64,000 nucleotides of DNA from Acidimicrobiia bacterium (GTDB taxonomy: Bacteria; Actinomycetota; Acidimicrobiia; Spongiisociales; UBA5794), in the NCBI GenBank assembly GCA_041608535.1, contig JBFISM010000002.1, positions 10,918 through 74,917 on the forward strand, in the 5' to 3' direction. The notes under the pieces are model-generated. The model was not told the origin of the DNA. It worked only from the letters and a program-made list of their open reading frames with translations, and searched no databases. Of the stretch, positions 46,343 through 55,328 are shown in pieces (within the stretch, counting starts at the first letter, position 1; each line of letters opens with the position of its first letter). A program made the position numbers and the translations under genes.

Positions 46343-47599
46343 GTGAAGCCTCGCCGTCTGCTCTACCGGCTGCGCGACAGCCAGTTCCTCATTCCCGTGC
46401 TGTTCATCGGTGCGAGCTTGCTGCTCGTCTATGCCACCAATCAGCTCGATGACAGCGGGATCTCCGGACCGCTCCTCATATCATCGGAGGCACCGGCGGC
46501 GCGCACACTGCTGGCAACCATCGCCGGATCGATCATCACGGTGGCCGCCCTGGTCTTCTCCTTGAGCGCCGTCACCGTGCAACTCGCCGGTAGCCAGTAC
46601 TCGCCACGCGTGGTGCACGGCTTTCTCCGGGATCGCTTCCAGCAGATGATCGTCGGCGTCGTGATGGGCTCTTTCACCTATGCACTCACTGCGCTCGCCG
46701 TGCTCGGCAGTGCCGAGGCAGAGGCGCAGCGGGTCGATTGGTCGGCGTCCGTTGCGGTTGTTCTCGCTCTCTTCGCCGCCGTTTCCATCGTTGCCTACAT
46801 CGATCACATCACCCGGAGGGTGCGTATCGACGACACGATCAGGCGCATCGCGGTGTCCACCGAGGAGGTGTTCCGCGAGCTGGCTGAAGCCACGTCCTCG
46901 GGGCACGCTCCCGGTGGTGCCGCCATGAACATCCCCGTGGCGACCGACTCGTGGAACATCGTGCCCGATACCGACACCTGTGCGGTGCGAGCTGCAGCAT
47001 CGGGTTTCGTCCAGGGCATCGACGTCGAGGGAGCGGTCGATGCATTGCCCGATGGAGCGATCGCCCGTCTCGACATCTGGGTGGGATCGTACGTGACTGT
47101 GGGCCACCGGCTGTTCACGGTGTGGCTCGAGGAAGACCGCAGCCTGGGCGAGGAGGAGATACGCCGCCTCGTTGATACGGTGGCACTCGACGAGAGCCGC
47201 ACGATCGAAGCCGATCCTGGGTTCGGAATCCGTCAGCTCGTCGACATCGCACTGCGGGCGTTGTCTCCCGGAGTCAACGATCCGGCCACCGCCGGCGACG
47301 TCGTCCGCCATCTCGCCGGACCGCTCCGAGCTGCCTACCTGTACACCGACCCGCATCGTGTCGTCGCCACCGACGGAGTGCGGCTTGCGATGCCGCACGC
47401 CCCCACCGCCGCCCAACGTGTCGAGGCGGCTCTGGAACCCATCCGCCGAGCAGCGGCCGACCAGCTGTTCGTACTGGAGACAATCGTCGCCACGGTGCGC
47501 GCCCTCGTCGACGACCTCGAGGAGCAGGGGTTCGACGGCTCCGCCTTGGTCGAGGTGGAGCTGGCCGCACAGAAGGACCTCGATCTGGTGCTGGGCTGA
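46343..47599 (+). CDS. DUF2254 family membrane protein
   Basis: QLAGSQYSPR, SGFVQ, DPGFGIRQLVDIALRALSPGVNDPATA. Confidence 0.9.
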   Translation: MKPRRLLYRLRDSQFLIPVLFIGASLLLVYATNQLDDSGISGPLLISSEAPAARTLLATIAGSIITVAALVFSLSAVTVQLAGSQYSPRVVHGFLRDRFQQMIVGVVMGSFTYALTALAVLGSAEAEAQRVDWSASVAVVLALFAAVSIVAYIDHITRRVRIDDTIRRIAVSTEEVFRELAEATSSGHAPGGAAMNIPVATDSWNIVPDTDTCAVRAAASGFVQGIDVEGAVDALPDGAIARLDIWVGSYVTVGHRLFTVWLEEDRSLGEEEIRRLVDTVALDESRTIEADPGFGIRQLVDIALRALSPGVNDPATAGDVVRHLAGPLRAAYLYTDPHRVVATDGVRLAMPHAPTAAQRVEAALEPIRRAAADQLFVLETIVATVRALVDDLEEQGFDGSALVEVELAAQKDLDLVLG

Positions 47600-47622
47600 C
47601 GGGCGGCGGGGCCTGCCGGGGC

Positions 47623-49131
47623 TCAGCCGCTTCGGGAGATGGTGAGCACGGCGACATCATCGGCTCGCTCCGGATCTGCGCCGACGATGACGGCTTCGGC
47701 CACCGAACGCACATCGCGATCGGTGGTGGCGAGCCTGGCGGCCAGGCTCGCCAGCCCCCGCCCGATGCCGGCGGTTCGCTCGTCGAGAGCGCCGTCGGTG
47801 AACATCACCAGCACCTCACCGGTGTGGAGTCGAGCGGTGGACTCGGTGGCCGGAGGTTCCGGCTCACGAAACGCACCAAGTGGTGGTGCCGGATGGGCAT
47901 CCACATAGCGCACCCCTCCATCGCCTGCGATCAGAGGGGGAGGGTGGCCGGCAGTGACCATGGCAACATCGCCGGTGTCCGCCTCGATGTCGACCACCGC
48001 CGCGGTCGCCACGATTCCCTCCTCACGACAGAAGGTGTCGGCATCGGCCACGACGAGGGGCAGCGCCTCCCCCGTCGCCAGCTGGGCGTGGAGGTGCGCA
48101 CGTAAGAGACCCATCTCGGCGGCGGCGCGGAGACCCTTGCCCACCACGTCACCGATCACGAGTCGCACTCCGCCGGGAACCTCGATGGCGTCATACCAGT
48201 CGCCACCTGCCTGCTCGGTCCGGCGGCTCGGCACGTAGCGCACGACGGTGGCGAAGCCAGTCAGATCGAACTGATGTGGCGGGGAGAGGACCCGCTGCAC
48301 AGCGATCGTCTCCTGTCGGCGCTGAGCGATGGAAGCAAGGGCGCCGAGCCCGGTGGCAGCCGTCGTTGCGAGATCGGTGAGGTGATCCATTGGTACCAGT
48401 CGCTCCGAGGTTGCGTCGAGGCCTCCAACCACGACCCCACCGGCGATTCCCGGGAAGGGCACCACGATCTCGCGGCCGTGTCTGTGGCTGACGGCCGCTG
48501 GGTTGCGGTGCTGACGCAGCAGTGCGGCGAATCGGTTGCGCTCCTCCGGGTTCGTGGCAGGGAACACGTTGGTCGTGCGAAGGTGTCTCGTGATAACGCT
48601 GCACTGGCCGGCGAGCAACACGCCATCGACGGCTCTTTTGATGTGGCCGGCGAGGAGATCGGCCGCAACGTTCGGATCGTCGTGGTCGGCCAGGGCAATC
48701 GCTGCAGTCCCCAAGGTGCGCTCTGCGGTGCGCAGCCGTTGCTCCTGGCGCACGGCGGTTACGTCGTACTGGATGGCGATGAAGTGGGTGCACGAGCCGA
48801 AGGCGTCGACCACCGGATCGATGGTCCAGTACATGACGAACGGCGAGCCGTCGGCTCGGTAGTTGATCGTCTCCCCCTCGAAGCGCTCCGCATGGCTCAG
48901 GCGGTTGCGCAGCTCGGCGAGCACCAGGCGATCGGTGAGCGGGCCCTGCAGCACGCGCGGGTTCTTCCCGATGATCTGCGTCGGGTGATATCCGGTGAGC
49001 TTGGTGAACGCGTCGTTGACGAACAGCACTGTGGGGCCCGGTGCGTCGAGCGCGCTGTCGGTGATGCACACGGCATCGCCGTGATTACGAACCGCGATTT
49101 CGAACACCTGCGAGGGTATGTTGGTCTTCAT
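47623..49131 (-). CDS. PAS (LOV-like) domain PP2C/SpoIIE phosphatase, RsbP/RsbU-like
   Basis: VNDAFTKLTGY, GKNPRVLQG, NYRADG; GGDWYD, IGDVVGKG, AGHPPP, FTDG, DDVA. Confidence 0.9.
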   Translation of the reverse strand: MKTNIPSQVFEIAVRNHGDAVCITDSALDAPGPTVLFVNDAFTKLTGYHPTQIIGKNPRVLQGPLTDRLVLAELRNRLSHAERFEGETINYRADGSPFVMYWTIDPVVDAFGSCTHFIAIQYDVTAVRQEQRLRTAERTLGTAAIALADHDDPNVAADLLAGHIKRAVDGVLLAGQCSVITRHLRTTNVFPATNPEERNRFAALLRQHRNPAAVSHRHGREIVVPFPGIAGGVVVGGLDATSERLVPMDHLTDLATTAATGLGALASIAQRRQETIAVQRVLSPPHQFDLTGFATVVRYVPSRRTEQAGGDWYDAIEVPGGVRLVIGDVVGKGLRAAAEMGLLRAHLHAQLATGEALPLVVADADTFCREEGIVATAAVVDIEADTGDVAMVTAGHPPPLIAGDGGVRYVDAHPAPPLGAFREPEPPATESTARLHTGEVLVMFTDGALDERTAGIGRGLASLAARLATTDRDVRSVAEAVIVGADPERADDVAVLTISRSG

Positions 49132-49142
49132 CGACTCGTCAC

Positions 49143-49167
49143 GTTTGTCTCGGGGCAGGTCGGGTAG
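49143..49167 (+). promoter_or_regulatory. SigB/SigF-type promoter
   Basis: GTTT-N15-GGGTAG upstream of the anti-sigma gene. Confidence 0.6.
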
Positions 49168-49295
49168 AGGCATGATGTCAGAATCAGGCCGGGCACTCAT
49201 CACCAACGCAACGACGAGAGATGAAGCCGCTGCATCACAACTGGACACTGCCAGGGGTCAGCTCCAACCGATGGAAGCCAATTCGATTGAGAAAC

Positions 49296-49688
49296 GTGGG
49301 TCGCGCTGAACGAACGCTAACTGCCGACAGCTCCGCACCGGCCATAGCCAGGGAGCTCGTCGAGGAGTTCGCCACCGCGAGCTCCCGCGGTCGGGTCAGC
49401 GAAGACGTGCTCGATCGAGCCAAGCTGGCGGTGAGCGAATTGGTCACCAACGCCGTCATCCACGGGTCCGATCCGGGCGCCGATCTGGTGGTCACGTTGC
49501 GCTGCGAGAAAGACAACCTCATCGTGGACGTGGTCGATCGGGGTAGAGCGGCGCCTACTCCCGCCGACGGCAAGGGTGGATACGGCCTGATCATCGTGGA
49601 GGAAATGGCGGATACCTTCACCATCCATCGCGGAGACACTTGGCGAGCGACCGCCGCGTTCACACCTCGCCGAGCTGACGACGCATAA
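49296..49688 (+). CDS. RsbW-like anti-sigma factor / Ser kinase
   Basis: SELVTNAVIHG, VVDRG, GGYGLIIV. Start uncertain (49221 or 49296). Confidence 0.85.
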   Translation: MGRAERTLTADSSAPAIARELVEEFATASSRGRVSEDVLDRAKLAVSELVTNAVIHGSDPGADLVVTLRCEKDNLIVDVVDRGRAAPTPADGKGGYGLIIVEEMADTFTIHRGDTWRATAAFTPRRADDA

Positions 49689-50382
49689 CGTCGAGCGACG
49701 CCCGGAGCAATCGAGAAACGTGCATCTGCGAGATGCCCATGCTCTCTGCGATCTCCGATTGGGTCTTGCCCTCGAAGAACCGCTGGTACAAGATCGCATG
49801 CTCTCGGGGTGGCAGCTTCTCCATCAGCGCCGCCGCGGTCACCCGGTCTGCGCTGCGCTCCAGTTCCTCGTCGTCGCCACCCAGAACCCCACCGAGGGTG
49901 CCGCTGTCGGCGTCGTCTCCAATCGGCGCATCCATCGACGCCGCCGTGAAGGCGCCCCCCGCCTCGAGCGCTTCGATCACTTCCTCGACGTCGCAGTCGA
50001 TGTCGGCGGCGATCTCACGCAGCGTGGGGGAGCGTCCGAGGCGCTGGGTGAGATGCTGCACCGACTTGCCCACCTCGAGAGTGCGTTCCTGGAGCGAGCG
50101 CGGCACGCGTACCGACCACGCCTTGTCGCGCAGGTGTCGCTTCAACTCGCCAACGATCGTTCGGGTGGCGAAGGTGGCGAACGCAAAGCCACGCTCCACC
50201 TCGAAGCGGTTGATGGCGTTGACCAAACCCAGGCGAGCCACTTGGGTGAGGTCGTCGATCGACTCGCCACGACCGGCAAAACGTCTAGCCAGTCTCGTGG
50301 CTAGATGGTCGTAACGCTCGGCGATCTCGGCCATCGCCCGTGGCTCGCTGCGCCTGGCGAACAGGTCGGTTTCTTCGATCAC
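49660..50382 (-). CDS. SigB/SigF/SigG family sigma factor
   Basis: DDLTQVARLGL, IVGELKRHLRDKAWSVRVPR, TQSEIAESMGISQMHVSRLL. Confidence 0.95.
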   Translation of the reverse strand: MIEETDLFARRSEPRAMAEIAERYDHLATRLARRFAGRGESIDDLTQVARLGLVNAINRFEVERGFAFATFATRTIVGELKRHLRDKAWSVRVPRSLQERTLEVGKSVQHLTQRLGRSPTLREIAADIDCDVEEVIEALEAGGAFTAASMDAPIGDDADSGTLGGVLGGDDEELERSADRVTAAALMEKLPPREHAILYQRFFEGKTQSEIAESMGISQMHVSRLLRASLDVMRRQLGEV

Positions 50383-50753
50383 GGAGTCGCGACAGACGCT
50401 CCAAACGGAATCACCAGACGGTGCGCTTGGTCGTCGATGTGGGCTGCGGCGAACAGGGCTGAGATGACATCCATGCCGATCGATCCGGGGGGCAGGATGG
50501 ACGCATCGAGCGGTTCGACCTCGAGCATTCCGGCCGCAGCGTCGAGACGAACGGTGGCGGTGGTCCCCGGCGCGGCACCGGTGATGGCGGTGATGGCCTC
50601 GGACACCACCAGCTTGAGATCCTCGATTCGATCCTCGTTGCCGAGTGCCCGGAGCACGGCCCCGATGAACAGGCGAGCTGTGGCCGGGGCGGAGGCGCTT
50701 GCAGAGACCTCCAGCGAGAACCGGTCGGCGTCGCCGGGTGACGCCTCAGCCAT
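50379..50753 (-). CDS. Degenerate RsbW-like anti-sigma protein
   Basis: ARLFIGAV, IEDLKLVVSEAITA (no N-box Asn), GMDVISALF; sits between STAS and sigma genes. Confidence 0.65.
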   Translation of the reverse strand: MAEASPGDADRFSLEVSASASAPATARLFIGAVLRALGNEDRIEDLKLVVSEAITAITGAAPGTTATVRLDAAAGMLEVEPLDASILPPGSIGMDVISALFAAAHIDDQAHRLVIPFGASVATP

Positions 50754-51081
50754 CGGCCAGGGCTGCAGACCGATCGGGGTATACGTGCAGACGCTGGGAC
50801 AATCCGGTTATCTCGAGAAGCTTGACGACTCGCGGTCCGCTGACGACACGGAGCTGCTTCCCGGCGCCCTCGGCTTGATCGTGAGTGTTGACGATGGCGC
50901 GGAGACCGGTCGAGTCGATGAACGAGACATCGGCGAGGTCGAGCACGATGACGCTGGCATCATGTTGGAAATCGATCCGGTCCTCGAGCTCCGGTGCGGT
51001 CGCAAGATCGATCTCGCCCGTCACGGAGTAGACGCATGCGGCATCGGACTCGATCGTCTCGACGTTGATGGTGGCTGGCAC
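50746..51081 (-). CDS. STAS anti-sigma-factor antagonist (RsbV-like)
   Basis: GEIDLATAPEL, VSFIDSTGL, LLEITGL. Confidence 0.92.
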   Translation of the reverse strand: MPATINVETIESDAACVYSVTGEIDLATAPELEDRIDFQHDASVIVLDLADVSFIDSTGLRAIVNTHDQAEGAGKQLRVVSGPRVVKLLEITGLSQRLHVYPDRSAALADG

Positions 51082-51127
51082 AGGCGCCCATTCCTCAGCT
51101 GGCAGTGAGCGCCGTAGTATACGAACC

Positions 51128-51496
51128 ATGTCGCCCGCCATGACCAGAGTCACTGTGCCGGCGCGATCCGAATACGTTCGCGTCCTGCGCACGATGGCCG
51201 CCGATGCCGCCGTCTCGGCCGATCTCAGCTTCGATCGGTACAGCGATCTCGAGCTGGCGGTGGGCGAGGCGAGCGCCATGTTGCTGGAGCTGGGTCCGGA
51301 GAACCTGAGCTGCGAGTTGCATCCGAGCGCCGGGCGGGTCGAGGTCGAGCTCGACGGCGCCGGAGCCGAGGCCACCTCGACCCCCGACGAGCTGGCACAG
51401 CTCGTCATCGAGGCTGTCGCCGACGAGGTCGCCATCGATCTGGCTGCAACGCCGCCGACGGTTCGAGTCGTGGTCGGTGCGGTCCCCGTTTCCTGA
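51128..51496 (+). CDS. Degenerate RsbW-like protein
   Basis: VPARSEYVRVLR, DLELAVGEA, VIEAVADEV. Confidence 0.7.
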   Translation: MSPAMTRVTVPARSEYVRVLRTMAADAAVSADLSFDRYSDLELAVGEASAMLLELGPENLSCELHPSAGRVEVELDGAGAEATSTPDELAQLVIEAVADEVAIDLAATPPTVRVVVGAVPVS

Positions 51497-51531
51497 AGCG
51501 GCAGGGCGCACCGCGACCTGATCCATCCGGT

Positions 51532-51556
51532 GTTTCCATCGGCACCGAATGGGTAG
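51532..51556 (+). promoter_or_regulatory. SigB/SigF-type promoter of dps
   Basis: GTTT-N15-GGGTAG, 40 nt upstream of the ATG. Confidence 0.7.
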
Positions 51557-51595
51557 GTACGACACGTCGCACGCACGAGATTGGAAAGAACGCGC

Positions 51596-52159
51596 ATGAT
51601 CGAGACCTCTTTTCGCCCTGCCGGCCTGTCCCAAGACAGCGCTGCCCAGCTCAATGAGCGCCTTCAACAACGCCTGGGCGGGCTCCTCGATCTCGCCATG
51701 ACCTTGAAGCACATTCATTGGAACGTCGTTGGACCGGGCTTCATGGCCGTGCATGAAATGCTCGACGACCAGGTCGAAGCGGTGCGAGAGATGGCGGATG
51801 AGGTGGCGGAACGCATCGCCACTCTCGGTGGCATCGCCAACGGTCTCCCCGGTCATCTCACCCGGACGCGATCCTGGGACGACTACTCGCTGGGTCGTGC
51901 CGTCGTCGAGGCCCATCTCGGCGCTCTCGACAAGGTGTACGAAGGTGTCATCGCCGACCACCGATCCGCCATCCAATTCGCCGGCGAACGCGATCCTGTG
52001 ACGGAGGATTTGCTCGTTGGCCAAGCCGGCAAGCTCGAGCTGTATCAGTGGTTCGTGCGAGCCCACATCGAGAACACCTCCGGTGAGCTGATGAGCGGGG
52101 ATGCCAGGACCGAGCTCGATGCCGCGGCCAACGCAGCGACCGGCGATCCTCTGGAGTAG
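51596..52159 (+). CDS. dps: DNA starvation/stationary-phase protection protein Dps
   Basis: LKHIHWNVVGPGFMAVHEMLD, DEVAERI, DPVTEDLL, WFVRAH. Confidence 0.95.
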   Translation: MIETSFRPAGLSQDSAAQLNERLQQRLGGLLDLAMTLKHIHWNVVGPGFMAVHEMLDDQVEAVREMADEVAERIATLGGIANGLPGHLTRTRSWDDYSLGRAVVEAHLGALDKVYEGVIADHRSAIQFAGERDPVTEDLLVGQAGKLELYQWFVRAHIENTSGELMSGDARTELDAAANAATGDPLE

Positions 52160-52253
52160 AGGCAACCGAAGCAACACTCCAAGAGCCGAGTACGGGCGCA
52201 TCGGCACGAGATCCACACAGCGTCTCCGCAACGCCCGGGCGGAGGCGCACGTC

Positions 52254-52299
52254 GACGGTGGTGGCCTGCCTCTGGCACAGGGGGGAGGCCACCACCGTC
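52254..52299. repeat. 14-bp perfect inverted repeat (intergenic hairpin)
   Basis: GACGGTGGTGGCCT ... AGGCCACCACCGTC. Confidence 0.7.
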
Positions 52300-52438
52300 C
52301 TTCGTTGGGCGTACCACCTCAGCGGCGGGAGCGCCGCGAGTCGCACACGCATCGACGCCCCGGCCGTTGACGCATGCCGGGTGGCATGATGAGATGGCCG
52401 GAGCGACGCGGTCGCATGCGCACAGTTGGGAGGCGGGG

Positions 52439-53458
52439 ATGGCGAAGGTGCTCGTCACCGGAGGAACGGGTTTCGTTGGGTCGCACACGGTGGCTGCGTT
52501 ACTACGCGCGGGTCACGAGGTTCGACTGCTGGTCCGGCAGCGTGACCGTGTCGCAGCTGCGCTCGATCCCCATGGGGTCGAGGTGGCCGACGTCGTCACC
52601 GGGGATGTGACCGACGCCGATTCGGTACAGCGGGCGCTCGACGGCCGCGACGCACTCGTTCACCTCGCCACCGTGTTCAGTTTCGACCCGCAGGACGAAG
52701 CGACGATGTTTCGAGTGAACGTCGGCGGGACCCGGATCGTCCTCCACTCGGCAACCGAGGCGGGGCTCGATCCGATCATCCACGTGTCGACGACGCTGGC
52801 TCTCATCCCGTCTGCCGTGCCCCTCACCAACATGTCCCCGGTCGGCGATCCGGAACCCCCATACTCCCGTTCGAAGGCCAAAGCGGAGCACGTCGCCCGC
52901 AGCCTGCAGCGCGACGGCGCCCCGGTGATCATCACCAACCCCGTGTCCGTCTGGGGACCACACGACCCTCATCTCGGCGAGTCGGCAACGCTCGCCATAA
53001 CCGCACTCAAGGGGCAGATGCGGCTGGTCAACGATGGTGTGATCGGTGTCGTGGATGTTCGCGACGTGGCCGATGTTCACGCCCGGCTGATAGATCCTGC
53101 GTATGCCGGACGCCGCTTCATCCTGGCCGCCCACAACCTGCCAATGCGGGAGCTGCTGACGATCATCGGACGCCTGACCGGAAGGAACTTGCGGCCCGTC
53201 ACCGTCCCCCACGGAGCCTCGATGGCGCTGGGCAAGGCGATGGATTGGCTGGCGCAACGCACCGGGGCGACGATGCCGATATCAGCTGAACCGCCGTGGA
53301 TCCTCGCCAACAACGCACCTGCCGACGCCAGCGCGACAGAAGAGGCGTTCGGCATCGAGTGGCGGCCGCTCGAGGAAACGATCGAAGCCACCTTGCGCTG
53401 GCTGGTGGCGAAGGGACATGTGACGGCGCGGCAGGCGGGAATGCTCGCTGCAGTGTGA
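52439..53458 (+). CDS. NAD-dependent epimerase/dehydratase (dihydroflavonol-reductase-like)
   Basis: VTGGTGFVG, HLA, YSRSK, VDVRDVA. Confidence 0.9.
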   Translation: MAKVLVTGGTGFVGSHTVAALLRAGHEVRLLVRQRDRVAAALDPHGVEVADVVTGDVTDADSVQRALDGRDALVHLATVFSFDPQDEATMFRVNVGGTRIVLHSATEAGLDPIIHVSTTLALIPSAVPLTNMSPVGDPEPPYSRSKAKAEHVARSLQRDGAPVIITNPVSVWGPHDPHLGESATLAITALKGQMRLVNDGVIGVVDVRDVADVHARLIDPAYAGRRFILAAHNLPMRELLTIIGRLTGRNLRPVTVPHGASMALGKAMDWLAQRTGATMPISAEPPWILANNAPADASATEEAFGIEWRPLEETIEATLRWLVAKGHVTARQAGMLAAV

Positions 53459-53501
53459 TAGTGGGTGAAACGGAACCGAGCGATCCGGACATGAGATCCG
53501 T

Positions 53502-54113
53502 GTGATCGAACTCGACGAGTTCCGCGCCGTCACCGGGAAGGGAGCTGCGAGCGTGAACGACGCCGAGCGGCGCCGTCGCTTCGAGCGGCTCTTCGATGAG
53601 AACTTTCGCAAGCTGTTGGGCTATGCGCTGCGTCGGGTGGCGGACAAGACGATCGCCGCCGACATCGTTGCCGAGACCTTTCTCGTCGCCTGGCGCCGCC
53701 TCGACGACGTGCCGCACGGTGACGAAGCCAGGCTGTGGCTCTACGGCACGGCACGGCGCGTGCTGGCGAACCACCATCGTGGTGAGCGACGCCGCAGCGG
53801 TCTCGTCGACAAGCTCGGCGCTCACCTCGATCTCACCCTGCCCGAGGCCAGCGAGGAGGCTCTCGACGTGCGGGCGGCGCTCGACAGGTTGGACGACGCC
53901 GACGCCGAACTGCTCCGGTTGTCGGTGTGGGAGGGCTTGACGCCGGCGGAGCTGGCCACCATGTACGGCGTGCCGCCGGCGACCATGAGGACGAGGTTGC
54001 ATCGGGCCCGGGCCCGGCTTCGCGAGCAGCTCGACGCGAAACGATCCGTTGCGAGCGGACATGAAGGGTACGACGGGAGACCTCCCGTCCGAGACACCGA
54101 GGAGGAGTCGTGA
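53502..54113 (+). CDS. ECF sigma factor
   Basis: DIVAETFLVAWRR, WLYGTAR, WEGLTPAE, RLHRARARL. Start may be 53553. Confidence 0.9.
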   Translation: MIELDEFRAVTGKGAASVNDAERRRRFERLFDENFRKLLGYALRRVADKTIAADIVAETFLVAWRRLDDVPHGDEARLWLYGTARRVLANHHRGERRRSGLVDKLGAHLDLTLPEASEEALDVRAALDRLDDADAELLRLSVWEGLTPAELATMYGVPPATMRTRLHRARARLREQLDAKRSVASGHEGYDGRPPVRDTEEES

Positions 54114-55171
54114 ACGACCGGCAGCTCGACCGGCTGCTCGAGACGGCAGCGCTGATCAGAGACGATGCCATCACCACGCTCGACCTCCGTGATCTCGAAG
54201 TCGAGACCAAGGAGCTCATCATGTCCACACCGGTGCTCACTCCGGTGTCGCCTCCGTCCGCCCCAGGATCGGGACGGCATGAGCGAGGCATCGTGCCTCG
54301 GCTGGTAGCGGCTGTGGCCGTCGCGGCGGTCGTCGTCGCCGGCATCGTCGTGATGCCCTTCGGGGGGAGCGACGACACGGCCTGGGCGGCCGAAGCGCTC
54401 GCCGTCGCCGAAGCATCCTCGCGGCTGCTGGTCGAGCTGCCTGGCTGGGAGGTCACACGAGCGCACACGTTCACCGTGGCGGAGGGCGAGATGACCTTTT
54501 CCGATGGGAACCAGTCGCTCGATCTCCACTGGCGTCCGGCTGCCGAGCACGACGGCTACGTCGCCGATCGTCTGGCGTCGGCCGCGGAGAGCCACGAGGT
54601 GACCGTCAACGGTCGCCGCGGCGTGCTGGTGCGATACCTCGATTCTTTCGACTTCACCACGTTGTGGCGGGATGGGCGGCATTCCTATGAAGCGCGCGGG
54701 GTCTTCCCCGACCGGGCTGCCTACGAGGCCGTGCTGGCGGCGCTGACCCCGACGGACGTGGACACGTGGCTGCGCGCGATGCCCGAGTCGGTCGTCAGGC
54801 CCATCGCTCGGGCGGCGGCTGTGGCCGAGATGATCGCTGACATGCCGCTGCCGGATGGCTTCGATGTTGGCGCCGTGGGGGACGGGCGAGATGTGAGTGA
54901 CCGCTACCAGCTCGGAGCTGCGGTCAGCGGTGCCGTGGCGTGTGGGTGGATCGGGCAGTGGTTGGACTCCAGGACAAGCGGTGACACTGCTGCCGAAGCG
55001 GAGGCTCTGGAGGCGATGCAGACATCACGCAACTGGGCCATCCTGCTCGAGATGGAGCAATCGGGGGCCTACCCGCAGGTGCTGTGGCTTCATGTGGACG
55101 CCATGGAGGCGGACGACCGCGTTCCCGACGTGATCTCAGTCCGCAACTACCGCCAAGCCCTCGGCTGCTGA
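54110..55171 (+). CDS. Putative membrane anti-sigma factor
   Basis: Translationally coupled to the ECF gene; short cytoplasmic N-terminus, one TM, extracytoplasmic domain. Confidence 0.65.
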   Translation: MNDRQLDRLLETAALIRDDAITTLDLRDLEVETKELIMSTPVLTPVSPPSAPGSGRHERGIVPRLVAAVAVAAVVVAGIVVMPFGGSDDTAWAAEALAVAEASSRLLVELPGWEVTRAHTFTVAEGEMTFSDGNQSLDLHWRPAAEHDGYVADRLASAAESHEVTVNGRRGVLVRYLDSFDFTTLWRDGRHSYEARGVFPDRAAYEAVLAALTPTDVDTWLRAMPESVVRPIARAAAVAEMIADMPLPDGFDVGAVGDGRDVSDRYQLGAAVSGAVACGWIGQWLDSRTSGDTAAEAEALEAMQTSRNWAILLEMEQSGAYPQVLWLHVDAMEADDRVPDVISVRNYRQALGC

Positions 55172-55239
55172 ACGACGTCGGCGGGGTCTGCCTCGGCGCA
55201 GACCCCGCCCACGTTGCGATCCGAGTCGCTCCCGAAGTG

Positions 55240-55292
55240 CCGACCGAGTGTCGGTTTTGCTTCGTCTGGCGCCGATCGACTTCCTGTCGGTT
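55240..55292 (+). promoter_or_regulatory. Paired palindromic operator candidates
   Basis: CCGAC-N5-GTCGGTT (55240) and TCGAC-N5-GTCGGTT (55276). Confidence 0.4.
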
Positions 55293-55328
55293 GAGTGACG
55301 TGTTTGGGTGGGCGAGACCGCCGGAGGA

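Noticed and set aside
53502-55171. ECF/anti-sigma pairs (also 61802-63876) as novel systems
   Set aside because: Typical actinobacterial ECF plus single-TM partner layout, with nothing distinctive supportable from sequence alone.
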